NCBI GenBank assembly: GCA_046462295.1
Contig: JBKGUS010000155.1
Location: 1-48,310 of the forward strand
From: Thermoleophilaceae bacterium
Lineage (GTDB): Bacteria > Actinomycetota > Thermoleophilia > Solirubrobacterales > Thermoleophilaceae
Direction of reading: 5' to 3'
DNA: 48,310 nt
The notes beneath the pieces are model-generated. The model saw only the letters and a list, made by a program, of their open reading frames with translations. It was not told where the DNA came from and made no database searches. This document shows positions 28,554 through 37,112 of this stretch, in pieces (positions within the stretch are counted from its first letter, which is position 1; every line of letters starts with the position of its first letter). Made by a program: the position numbers and the translations under genes.

Positions 28554-30161
28554 CTAGGGCCTTGGCGGGCGCGGGCAGTTCGGGGTGCTGCACGGTGGCG
28601 CCGGCGGCTGCCGCGGCGGCTCTTCCACCGGCGGGGGTTGCTCCGGCGGCGGGGGCGGTGGCGGTTCGGGGGTGGTTACGGTCGGCGGCGGGGGCGGCGG
28701 CTCCGGCGTGGTCTCCGGCGCGAGCTCCTCCTGGTTGTCCTTCTCGGGGCGAGGCTCGACCTGTACTCGGTTGCCGGGATCCCGGCGCGTCGGGCGTTCC
28801 TTGGGCTTCGGCTCCGGCGTGGGCTCCGCTGCGGGCGCCGCTGGCACCTCGGGCGCGACCGCCACGGGCGCCTGGTCGGCCTGTGCCCCGCTCCGCCGAC
28901 GATCGCGCCTACCCTTCCTAGCCTTCTTTTTCGCAGCGTCGGAGGCGGCAACAGGCTCCTCCTCCGCCGCCACCGCCTGCTCCTCGTCGGCCGCCGGCAC
29001 GACCGACTCCACCGGGTCGTCGTCCGAAGCCGCCCCCACCAGCACCACGAGCATCAGCACGCAGGTCAGCAGCCCGATCAGCGTCAGGTCCCTGCGGCGG
29101 TGGCGCAGGATGGCGGCGCGCGCGCTCCCCGCGGCGGCACCCGCGCCGGCAGCGCCGCCCGCCGCCGCAGCGGCCCCGCCGGCGCGTCTCGCCTCGTGAC
29201 GCGCGATCGCCTCGCTCCAGTCGGCCCCCACGAGCTCCGCGGCCTGCGCCGTCGTCTCGCGGAAGAGCAGCGGGCCCGCTGCGATCGGCGCCCACGCGCG
29301 GTACGAGACGCCTGCCTCCTGCATGGCGTCGCGCCCGAGCCGGCAGGTGTCGCAGTGCATCAGGTGCTCGCCGAGCCAGCCGGCGTCGTTCGAGTCCTCG
29401 TCGAGCTGGCCGTCCTGCTCCAGGGCGATCAGCGGCAGCGCGCGCTCGCAGTCCGGCGAGCTCGCGGCGATCGAGGCGAGTGCGGTGCCGCGCAGGGCGT
29501 CGCGCAGGTTGATCCGCGCGCGCGAGATGAGCTGGGCGACCGAGTTGCGGTTCATGTCCATCAGCTCGGCGATCTCGTCGTACGAGAGCTCTTCCAGCTC
29601 GCGCAGGGCCAGGACCTCGCGCTGACGCTCGGGCAGCGTGAAGTTCGCGACCCGGATCTCCTCGGCGCGGGCCTCGAGCAGCACCTTGCGCTCCGGGTCG
29701 TCCTCGGGATCGCCTGGGTCGAAGCCGACCCCGCCGCCACCGACCCCGCCGCCCATCGGCGTGGCCGACTCGGGGATCTCGTCGCGCGGCTGCGTGCGCT
29801 TGCGGCGCTCGATCAGGTCGTAGCAGGCGTTGCGCGCGGAGGTGAGGAGATAGGACCCGAATACGAGGTCTCGCTCCGCGAGCTGGGGCAGCCGGCGGAG
29901 GACGCCCAGGAAGGCCTCCTGGGTGGCGTCCGCGGCGTCGTCCCGCGACCCCAGGATGCGATAGCAGAGGTTGAAGGCACGGCTCTCGTGGCGCTCGTAC
30001 AGCTCGGCGAACGCGTCCCCGTCGCCAGCCGCGGCACGCTGCGCCAGCGCCGAGTCATCGGCGCCGTCGCTTCGCCTCGCGAGCCCGGCCACTGGCGCCA
30101 CCGTACCGCTGATCCGCGCCCCGCGAAAGGGCGCCTGGACGGAATGCGCAAAGCCGGCCAT
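28554..30161 (-). CDS. ECF-type sigma-70 factor fused to a ZAS anti-sigma-like domain, a TM helix and a proline-rich extracytoplasmic tail
   Basis: 535 aa. Sigma region 2 is FAELYERHESRAFNLCYRILGSRDDAADATQEAFLGV. Region 4 is LPERQREVLALRELEELSYDEIAELMDMNRNSVAQLISRARINL. These are followed by a C...HxxxCxxC motif (SPDCERAL...EHLMHCDTC), a TM helix LTLIGLLTCVLMLVVLVGAA, and a K/R-rich then P-rich tail (TPEPPPPPPTVTTPEPPPPPPPEQPPP). Confidence 0.85.
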   Translation of the reverse strand: MAGFAHSVQAPFRGARISGTVAPVAGLARRSDGADDSALAQRAAAGDGDAFAELYERHESRAFNLCYRILGSRDDAADATQEAFLGVLRRLPQLAERDLVFGSYLLTSARNACYDLIERRKRTQPRDEIPESATPMGGGVGGGGVGFDPGDPEDDPERKVLLEARAEEIRVANFTLPERQREVLALRELEELSYDEIAELMDMNRNSVAQLISRARINLRDALRGTALASIAASSPDCERALPLIALEQDGQLDEDSNDAGWLGEHLMHCDTCRLGRDAMQEAGVSYRAWAPIAAGPLLFRETTAQAAELVGADWSEAIARHEARRAGGAAAAAGGAAGAGAAAGSARAAILRHRRRDLTLIGLLTCVLMLVVLVGAASDDDPVESVVPAADEEQAVAAEEEPVAASDAAKKKARKGRRDRRRSGAQADQAPVAVAPEVPAAPAAEPTPEPKPKERPTRRDPGNRVQVEPRPEKDNQEELAPETTPEPPPPPPTVTTPEPPPPPPPEQPPPVEEPPRQPPAPPCSTPNCPRPPRP

Positions 30162-30203
30162 CGCCCATCCAACCGGCGGCGAGCCGCGGAATTACGAGCG
30201 ACC

Positions 30204-31625
30204 TCAGCGGCCCAGGTGCATTCCCATCGCGCGCGGGGCGGCGCAGATCGCCCGCGTGAGCGGGTCGGCGCGGCCGCCGTTCTCCGCGGCCCGCTCCTTC
30301 CTGATCAGCGCGGAGCGCACGACCGAGCCGCCCAGCCAGGTCAGCGGCTCCGGCGGCACCCGCGCGCCGGGCCCGGCCTCCACGATCGGCAGGCGGGTGT
30401 GATTGTCGCGGCGGTCCAGCGCCAGCGAGGCGAGCGCGCGGGCGCACATCTGCGTTGGGCCCACCCCGTTCCCCGTGAACCCGACGGCGAAGTGGACGGG
30501 CGCGCCGGGCAGCGTTCCCACCTGCGGGATGTGGCTCGGCGACACGTCGATCGGGCCGCCCCAGGCGTGCGTGACGCGGCGCCCGGCCAGCGCGGGGAAC
30601 AGGCGAACGAGGCCGGCGTGCGTCTCGGCGGCGATCTCCGGGTCCACCTCGACGCGCCCGTTGAGGCGCGACCCGTACGCCAGCCGGCCGCCGCCCCAGC
30701 CGAGCAGGATCCGATTGTCGGGCGTGGTGCGGAAGTAGTGGAGCAGCGTGCGCCCATCCGTGATGCACTCGCCGCCCGTCCAGCCGATCTCCTCGATCAC
30801 GTCCGGCACCGGCTCGGTGAGCACGATGTGGGAGGAGGTGACCGTGAGCCGGGTGTGCAGCGAGGGCAGCGCCCGCGCGGCCGAGCCCATGGCGATCACC
30901 GCGGCGCTCGCGCGCACGCGGCCCGACGCGGTCTCCGCGACCGCCCCGTGCAGGGCCCGCACCCGCGAGCGCTCGAACACGAGCGCGCCGCGCTCCACCA
31001 GCCGCCTGCGCAACCCCAGAGCGAGCCTGGCCGGCTGCAGGGTCGCGAAGTCCGGGATCAGCACGCCGCGCCGGAACAGCGCCGAGTCGCACCGCGCCCG
31101 CACCTCGGCGCCGGTCAGGTCGACCACCCGGTGCGGCGCCCCCAGCGCGGCGGCGGCCGCCACGGCCTCACGGCCCACGTCGTCGAAGGCGGGCGCCGTC
31201 GACACGCACATGTAGCCCGACCGGTCGAACCAGGCGTCCACGCCCTCGGACCGGCACCAGTCGCCGATGAAGGTCACGGAGTCGCTCGATGCGTCGAGCA
31301 GCGCACGGGCCGGGCCGTCGCCGAAGCGATCGCGTAGAGAAGGCCCGGAGAGCCACATCGACTCGCAGAATCCGCCGTTGCGGCCGCTCGGCCCGTGCCC
31401 GCAGATACCCCCCTCCAGCAGGGCAACCTTCGCCCCGGCATCGAGCAGGTGCCAGGCCGTCCACATGCCCGTGTAACCGCCCCCGATCACCACCACGTCG
31501 GCGTCGACACTCCCGTCGAGAGCCGGCAGAGGCTCTACCTTTCCGGCTTCGTCCAGCCACCAACCGGTGGCGGTGTGGCGTACTACCTGCGTATCGTGGA
31601 GAGAGATGGGCAAGACCCTAGTCAT
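30204..31625 (-). CDS. FAD-dependent oxidoreductase (DAO family)
   Basis: 473 aa with DVVVIGGGYTGMWTAWHL (GxGxxG) and GPSGRNGGF. ATG 31625 is preceded by GGAGGG at 10-nt spacing. Its 5' end overlaps the divergent topoisomerase gene by 20 nt. Confidence 0.85.
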   Translation of the reverse strand: MTRVLPISLHDTQVVRHTATGWWLDEAGKVEPLPALDGSVDADVVVIGGGYTGMWTAWHLLDAGAKVALLEGGICGHGPSGRNGGFCESMWLSGPSLRDRFGDGPARALLDASSDSVTFIGDWCRSEGVDAWFDRSGYMCVSTAPAFDDVGREAVAAAAALGAPHRVVDLTGAEVRARCDSALFRRGVLIPDFATLQPARLALGLRRRLVERGALVFERSRVRALHGAVAETASGRVRASAAVIAMGSAARALPSLHTRLTVTSSHIVLTEPVPDVIEEIGWTGGECITDGRTLLHYFRTTPDNRILLGWGGGRLAYGSRLNGRVEVDPEIAAETHAGLVRLFPALAGRRVTHAWGGPIDVSPSHIPQVGTLPGAPVHFAVGFTGNGVGPTQMCARALASLALDRRDNHTRLPIVEAGPGARVPPEPLTWLGGSVVRSALIRKERAAENGGRADPLTRAICAAPRAMGMHLGR

Positions 31626-33858
31626 CGCCGAGAAGCCCTCCGTCGCCCGTGACCTGGCGTCGGCGCTGCCCGGTTCCTACAAGCAGGCGAAGGAGAAGAC
31701 CTACCTCGAGGGAGACGGCTACGTCATCACCTGGGCGGTCGGTCACCTGGTCGGCCTGGCCGAGCCGGACGCCTACGACCCGAAGCTGAAGAAGTGGCGC
31801 TTCGCCGACCTCCCGATCATCCCGGAGGAGTTCAAGCTCGTGCCCAACGACGAGCGCGCCGCCAAGCAGCTCCGGGCGATCCACAAGCTGATGGCCGACC
31901 CCGAGGTCGACCAGATCGTCAACGCCTGCGACGCCGGCCGCGAGGGCGAGCTGATCTTCGCCTACGTCTACGACACCGCCAAGGTCAAGAAGCCGGTGCA
32001 GAGGCTGTGGCTCTCATCGATGACCAAGAAGGCGATCGGCGAGGCCTTCGGGCACCTACGCGACGGCGAGGAGATGAAGCCGCTCGAGGCGGCCGCCCGC
32101 TCGCGCTCCGAGGCCGACTGGGTGGTGGGCATGAACGCCACTCGCGCCGCCAGCATCCGGCTGCGGGCCGCTTTCGACGGCGCCGTCTCGCTGGGCCGCG
32201 TGCAGACGCCCACGCTCGCCCTCGTAGCCCGCCGCGAGGAGGAGATCCGCGCCTTCAAGCCCGAGCCCTACTGGCTGGTCGAGGGGCGGTTCGAGGCGAG
32301 CGGCAGCCGCGGCTACGCCGGCCGCTACCTGGGCGGGAAGCGGCTGCTCGAGGAGGCCGCGGCCACCGCGATCGTCGAGGCGTGCATCGGCAAGCCGGGC
32401 CAGATCACGAAGCTCGAGAAGAAGGAGGAGCGCGAGCGCCCGCAGCTGCTGTACGACCTGACCTCGCTGCAGCGGCACGCCAACACGCTCTACGGCTTCT
32501 CGGCGCGCCGCACGCTGGCCGCGGCGCAGCGCCTCTACGAGGAGCACAAGGCGCTCACCTACCCGCGCACCAACTCGCGCTTCCTGACCGGCGACATGAT
32601 CGCCGAGATCAAGCCCACCGCCGAGCTCGTCGGCCACAACGCCCAGTACCGGCGCGGCTCCGAGTACGTGCTCAGCCTTGACAAGCTGCCGCTGGGCCGC
32701 GTGGTGAACGACCAGAAGGTCCAGGACCACCACGCGATCATCCCCACGCGCTCCGAGCACGACCTGGGCCGGATGGGCCAGGACGAGCTGAAGGTGTTCG
32801 ACCTGGTGGCGAAGCGCTTCCTGGCCGTGTTCCATCCCGAGGCCGTGTACGAGCGCACCCGGGTGGAGACCACGGTGGTGGAGCACATCTTCAGGACCAG
32901 CGGCCGGCGCCTCGTGGAGCCGGGCTGGAAGGCCGTCTACGGCGAGGAGGCCGACCAGCCGCGCGGCGACGACGACTCCGGCGGCGACCAGCTCCTGCCC
33001 AAGCTGGAGCAGGGCGAGGCGGTGCAGACCCTGAACGTCGAATCGCTCCGCAAGGAGACCCAGCCGCCGCGGCGCTTCACCGATGCGTCGCTGCTGGCGG
33101 CCATGGAGACGGCCGGCAAGGAGGTCGAGGACGCCGAGCTGCGCGAGGCCATGAAGGACTCCGGCATCGGCACGCCCGCCACCCGGGCCTCGATCATCGA
33201 GCGGCTGGTGGACGTGGGCTACCTCGAGCGCGAGGGCCGGGCGCTCGTGGCGACCGAGAAGGGCATCCAGGTGATCCGGCTGCTGAACAGCCACCCGCTC
33301 ACGTCGGCCGGCCTGACGGGCGACTGGGAGCGCCGGCTCGGCCTGATCGAGCGCGGCGAGGACACCCGGCCGGCGTTCATGAGCGACATCGCCAAGTTCA
33401 CTACGGAGACCGTCCAGGAGCTCGACAAGCTGAAGGGCGTCCGGATCGAGCGCGCCAAGCTCGGCCCCTGCCCGGTGTGCGGGCGCGAGATCACCGAGAA
33501 CCGCAAGGGGTACTCGTGCTGGTCGCGCGAGGATCCGGGCTGCGGGTTCGTGATCTGGAAGCGCAAGGCTGGGAAGTCGCTGCCGGTGGCGGTGGCGAGG
33601 GAGCTGATCGAGTCGTTGAAGGCGTCGCGCGAGGCGGGCGAGGACCCCGGCGTGGGGCGCACCGCGAAGCCGGTCACGGGCTTCCGCGGCCGCTCAGGCC
33701 GGACCTTCCGGGCCAAGCTGAAGCTTGAGCAGGTCGAAGAGGGCAAGTGGCGCGTCGACTTCGACGAGAAGTGGGCGAAGGAGCCGCCGAAGGGCGACGC
33801 CGAGGAGGAGCGGGCCGAGCCGGACGACGCGGCGGAGCCGCAGCGCGCCACCGCGTAG
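31606..33858 (+). CDS. topB: DNA topoisomerase III (type IA)
   Basis: Start trimmed to ATG 31606 after GGAGAGAG. The protein begins MGKTLVIAEKPSVARDLA (TOPRIM). It has DAGREGE, the active-site Tyr context ALTYPRTNSRFL, and a C-terminal zinc ribbon CPVCG...CWSREDPGCGF. About 750 aa. Confidence 0.9.
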   Translation: MGKTLVIAEKPSVARDLASALPGSYKQAKEKTYLEGDGYVITWAVGHLVGLAEPDAYDPKLKKWRFADLPIIPEEFKLVPNDERAAKQLRAIHKLMADPEVDQIVNACDAGREGELIFAYVYDTAKVKKPVQRLWLSSMTKKAIGEAFGHLRDGEEMKPLEAAARSRSEADWVVGMNATRAASIRLRAAFDGAVSLGRVQTPTLALVARREEEIRAFKPEPYWLVEGRFEASGSRGYAGRYLGGKRLLEEAAATAIVEACIGKPGQITKLEKKEERERPQLLYDLTSLQRHANTLYGFSARRTLAAAQRLYEEHKALTYPRTNSRFLTGDMIAEIKPTAELVGHNAQYRRGSEYVLSLDKLPLGRVVNDQKVQDHHAIIPTRSEHDLGRMGQDELKVFDLVAKRFLAVFHPEAVYERTRVETTVVEHIFRTSGRRLVEPGWKAVYGEEADQPRGDDDSGGDQLLPKLEQGEAVQTLNVESLRKETQPPRRFTDASLLAAMETAGKEVEDAELREAMKDSGIGTPATRASIIERLVDVGYLEREGRALVATEKGIQVIRLLNSHPLTSAGLTGDWERRLGLIERGEDTRPAFMSDIAKFTTETVQELDKLKGVRIERAKLGPCPVCGREITENRKGYSCWSREDPGCGFVIWKRKAGKSLPVAVARELIESLKASREAGEDPGVGRTAKPVTGFRGRSGRTFRAKLKLEQVEEGKWRVDFDEKWAKEPPKGDAEEERAEPDDAAEPQRATA

Positions 33859-33934
33859 GCGCGGGCCCCGGCCTGAGCGGCGGTCGCTTTGCGCACCCGC
33901 TGCCGGGTTTGGACTTGACCTACTCCTGGTAACC

Positions 33935-33945
33935 TACCGGCGGTA
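33935..33945. promoter_or_regulatory. short palindrome abutting the TetR start codon (candidate operator)
   Basis: TACCG g CGGTA (5+1+5) ends 1 nt before GTG 33947, and a TTGACC hexamer lies at 33915-33920. This is weak evidence because the palindrome is short. Confidence 0.2.
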
Positions 33946-33946
33946 A

Positions 33947-34552
33947 GTGGATACTGCCGCGCCGGGCATCGAGGACTTCAAGCACGGCCGCGTCCCGCGC
34001 GCCGTGCGCCGGCGCCAGCTCGTGGAGCTGGCCGAGCAGCTCTTTGCGGAGCGCGGTTTCACGCGTACCTCGATGGAGGAGCTGGCGCGCCGGGCGGGCG
34101 TGACCAAGCCCGTCATCTACGAGCTCTTCGACAGCAAGGACGGGTTGTTCGGCGCCTGTGTCGACCGCGCCATCGAGCGGATGGCGGACAGCATCGTCGA
34201 GGCCTTCCGCTCCGAGACCGAGCCCGAGGCGCGGCTCCGCGCCGGCGGGCTCGCCTTCCTGCGCTTCGCGCGCGACAACCGCGTCGCGTGGGACCTGATG
34301 GCGATGCAGCCCCGCTTCGCCGAGCAGGCCCAGGCCGTGCGCCGCGACCAGGCACAGCTGATCCGCATGCTGATGGCCGAGATCGCCCCCGAGGGCACCG
34401 ACCCTCAGGAGCTCGAGGCCGTCGCCTACGCCGTCAACTCCGCCTACGAGGGGGCGGCCCACTGGATGTGGGAGCACCCGGACACCCCCGTCGAGCGGGT
34501 GGCCGACTGGATCGTCGCGCTGCTGCTTCCCGGATTGAGGAGGTTCACGTGA
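33947..34552 (+). CDS. TetR-family transcriptional regulator
   Basis: The N-terminal HTH reads LVELAEQLFAERGFTRTSMEELARRAGVTKPVIYELFDSKDGLF. 201 aa. Its stop overlaps the GTG of the next gene (GTGA). Confidence 0.9.
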   Translation: MDTAAPGIEDFKHGRVPRAVRRRQLVELAEQLFAERGFTRTSMEELARRAGVTKPVIYELFDSKDGLFGACVDRAIERMADSIVEAFRSETEPEARLRAGGLAFLRFARDNRVAWDLMAMQPRFAEQAQAVRRDQAQLIRMLMAEIAPEGTDPQELEAVAYAVNSAYEGAAHWMWEHPDTPVERVADWIVALLLPGLRRFT

Positions 34553-36006
34553 CGCACCATCGTGTGGCGATTGTCGGATCGGGCTTCTCCGGCCTGGGCA
34601 TGGCCATTCGCCTTCTGAAGGACGGCGAGCGCGACTTCGTCGTCCTCGAGCGTGCCGGCGAGATCGGCGGCACCTGGCGCGACAACACCTACCCCGGCTG
34701 CCGCTGCGACGTCCCCTCGCACCTCTACTCGTTCTCCTTCGCCCCGAACCCGAAGTGGTCGAGCACGTTCTCGCCGCAGCCGGAGATCCTCGAGTACCTG
34801 CGCGACGTGGCCCGGCGCTTCGGCGTCATGCCCCACGTGCGCTTCCACACCGAGCTGGAGTCGGCCGAATGGGACGACACGGAGGGGCGCTGGCGGATCG
34901 AGACCGCGCAGGGCCCGCTCAGCGCCGACGTGCTCGTATGCGGCCAGGGGCCGCTCAGCGAGCCCCGGCTGCCGGACGTGCCCGGCCTCGACTCCTTCGA
35001 GGGGACGGCGTTCCACTCCGCCGACTGGGACCACGGCCACGACCTCGATGGCGAGCGCGTGGCGGTGGTGGGCACCGGCGCCTCGGCGATCCAGTTCGTG
35101 CCGGAGATCCAGCCGCGCGTGAAGCAGCTCCATGTCTTCCAGCGCACGCCACCCTGGGTGGTGCCGCATCCGAACCGGCCGATGACTCGCTGGGAGCAGG
35201 CCCTCTACTCGCGGCTGCCCCTGGCGCAGCTCGCCATGCGCGCCGGGATCTACTGGGCACGCGAGTCCTTCGTGCTGCAGTTCCGTCACCGGCGCGTGCG
35301 GCGGCTCGCAACGAAGCTGGCGCTGCGGCAGCTCCGGGCCCAGGTGCCGGACGAGCAGCTGCGCGCGCGGCTCACCCCGCGCTACGAGATCGGCTGCAAG
35401 CGCATCCTGCCGACCGACGAGTGGTATCCCGCCGTGACGCAGCCGAACGTCGAGATCATCGGCCAGGCGCTGGCGGAGGTGCGCCCGCACTCGGTCGTGG
35501 CCGCGGACGGCAGCGAGCGCGAGGTCGACACGATCATCTTCGGCACCGGCTTCCACGTGACCGACATGCCGATCGCCGGGATGGTGCGAGGCCGCGACGG
35601 GCGCGCTCTCGCCGACGTCTGGGGCGGCTCGCCCGAGGCCTACAAGGGCGCCACCGTGGCCGGCTTCCCGAACCTGTTCCTGCTCGTGGGGCCGAACACC
35701 GGGCTCGGCCACAACAGCATCGTGTTCATGATCGAGTCCCAGGTTGACTACGTGGGCGATGCGCTCGCCACGATGCGGCGCCGCGGCGCCGGCCGCCTGG
35801 AGGTGCGCTCCGAGGCGCAGGCCGGCTACAACGCAGAAGTGCAGCGCATGACGGAGGGCACGGTCTGGGTCAGCGGCGGCTGCGCGAGCTACTACATCGA
35901 CCGCAACGGCCGCAACTCGTCGCTGTGGCCGACATTCACGTGGCCCTTCCGCAGGCGGACCCGGGAGTTCGACGAGGCCGCCTACACGCTCGCCGCCGCC
36001 GCGTAG
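34549..36006 (+). CDS. flavin-dependent Baeyer-Villiger-type monooxygenase
   Basis: This is the real part of track ORF 34288..36006. GTG 34549 follows GAGGAGG. FAD motif GSGFSGLG, GGTWRDNTYPGCRCD, BVMO fingerprint FEGTAFHSADW (FxGxxxHxxxW), and a second dinucleotide fold GTGASA. Confidence 0.88.
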   Translation: MTHHRVAIVGSGFSGLGMAIRLLKDGERDFVVLERAGEIGGTWRDNTYPGCRCDVPSHLYSFSFAPNPKWSSTFSPQPEILEYLRDVARRFGVMPHVRFHTELESAEWDDTEGRWRIETAQGPLSADVLVCGQGPLSEPRLPDVPGLDSFEGTAFHSADWDHGHDLDGERVAVVGTGASAIQFVPEIQPRVKQLHVFQRTPPWVVPHPNRPMTRWEQALYSRLPLAQLAMRAGIYWARESFVLQFRHRRVRRLATKLALRQLRAQVPDEQLRARLTPRYEIGCKRILPTDEWYPAVTQPNVEIIGQALAEVRPHSVVAADGSEREVDTIIFGTGFHVTDMPIAGMVRGRDGRALADVWGGSPEAYKGATVAGFPNLFLLVGPNTGLGHNSIVFMIESQVDYVGDALATMRRRGAGRLEVRSEAQAGYNAEVQRMTEGTVWVSGGCASYYIDRNGRNSSLWPTFTWPFRRRTREFDEAAYTLAAAA

Positions 36007-37070
36007 CCGCGCAGCGCGTTCTCGACCCGCGGCGGGCCCTCCGCCTCTACCCAGACGACCGTTCCCGGCCAGTACGGGCTGCGCTCGGCCTGCTGTGAGA
36101 TGAAGGACGGCTCGACGAACCAGCTGCCGGTGTTCCAGAGCCGCGTTCCGGAGAGCGTCGTCCACTCCGCCTCCTCGTCGTCCGGCAGCGGGCCGGGCCG
36201 GTGGGTGTGGCCGAAGAGGAGATGCTCGACCCCCGGCGCCAGCGTCTCGGCCACCCGGCCCATCGCGAGCAGGCCCGCGCGGCGCAGCTCGCCGCCGGTC
36301 AGCTCGGGCTTGAACGGGCCGAGGCCGAGGCGGTTGAGCGCCGCGACGCCGCCCGGGATCGTGATCCGCCCCAGCAGGACGCGGGCGACGGTGCCGTCGC
36401 CGGTCGCAAGGCTCCAGACGTTGCGCGACATCCGCCCGCCGCGCTCGAGCGTGGCGCCCGACGCCGCCTGCGCCAGCCCGTCATAGAAGCCGTACATGGG
36501 CGCGAGCACGGCCTCGTAGTCGGCGGCCGAGCGGGGGTCGCTGCCGCGACCGGTCAGGCGCGCCATCGCCGACGCCGCGATCGACTCGAGCCGCGGCACG
36601 GTGAGGTGAAGGTCGAGGTAGTGGCCGTGCGTGGCGTATACGTCCGGGCGCAGGCGGAGGCCGGGGTAGGCGATCGTCACCTCGGCGCCCGAGAGCCGCG
36701 AGGCGATCCAGCCGGCCGGCCCGTCCCGGTCGCCGGGCTCGACCGGCCACTCGTTCTCGGGGGCGAGCGGACCGCCGTCGAGGCGCAGGCGCGTGAGCCA
36801 GGGCTCCACCAGCGCGTGGTCGTGGTTGCCGGCGACGAGGGTCAGCGGCTTGCCCGCGACCGCCTCGGCGAGGCGGTCGAAGAACGGCCGCGTGACATCG
36901 AGCAGGTCCGCCACGGGTCGCTCGCGCATCTCGAGGAGGTCGCCGAGCAGCACGATCCGGTCGGCCGGGGCAAGCGCCTCCGCCAGCCGCTCGAGCGCCT
37001 CCGGCCGCAGCGCCACGTCCGCGCGGCCGACCGCGCCGAGGTGGAGGTCGGAGATCAGCGCCGTCAGCAT
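35982..37070 (-). CDS. metallophosphoesterase (calcineurin-like)
   Basis: This is the real part of track ORF 35982..37508, starting at ATG 37070. The motifs run in the canonical order SDLHLG, LLGDLLE, GNHDH, THGHY and GHTHRP. The 3' end overlaps the convergent monooxygenase gene by 25 nt. Confidence 0.85.
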   Translation of the reverse strand: MLTALISDLHLGAVGRADVALRPEALERLAEALAPADRIVLLGDLLEMRERPVADLLDVTRPFFDRLAEAVAGKPLTLVAGNHDHALVEPWLTRLRLDGGPLAPENEWPVEPGDRDGPAGWIASRLSGAEVTIAYPGLRLRPDVYATHGHYLDLHLTVPRLESIAASAMARLTGRGSDPRSAADYEAVLAPMYGFYDGLAQAASGATLERGGRMSRNVWSLATGDGTVARVLLGRITIPGGVAALNRLGLGPFKPELTGGELRRAGLLAMGRVAETLAPGVEHLLFGHTHRPGPLPDDEEAEWTTLSGTRLWNTGSWFVEPSFISQQAERSPYWPGTVVWVEAEGPPRVENALRGYAAAASV

Positions 37071-37112
37071 GCAGCGGATGGTGACGGTTGACGCCCGGCG
37101 AGTGACCGCCGG

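Noticed and set aside
28585-28920. Repetitive GC-rich DNA (GGCGG/CGGCGGGGG runs) that might look like a repeat array
   Set aside because: It is the coding sequence of the Pro/Glu-rich tail of the sigma fusion protein read on the opposite strand. It has no regular repeat-spacer periodicity, so it is not a CRISPR array.
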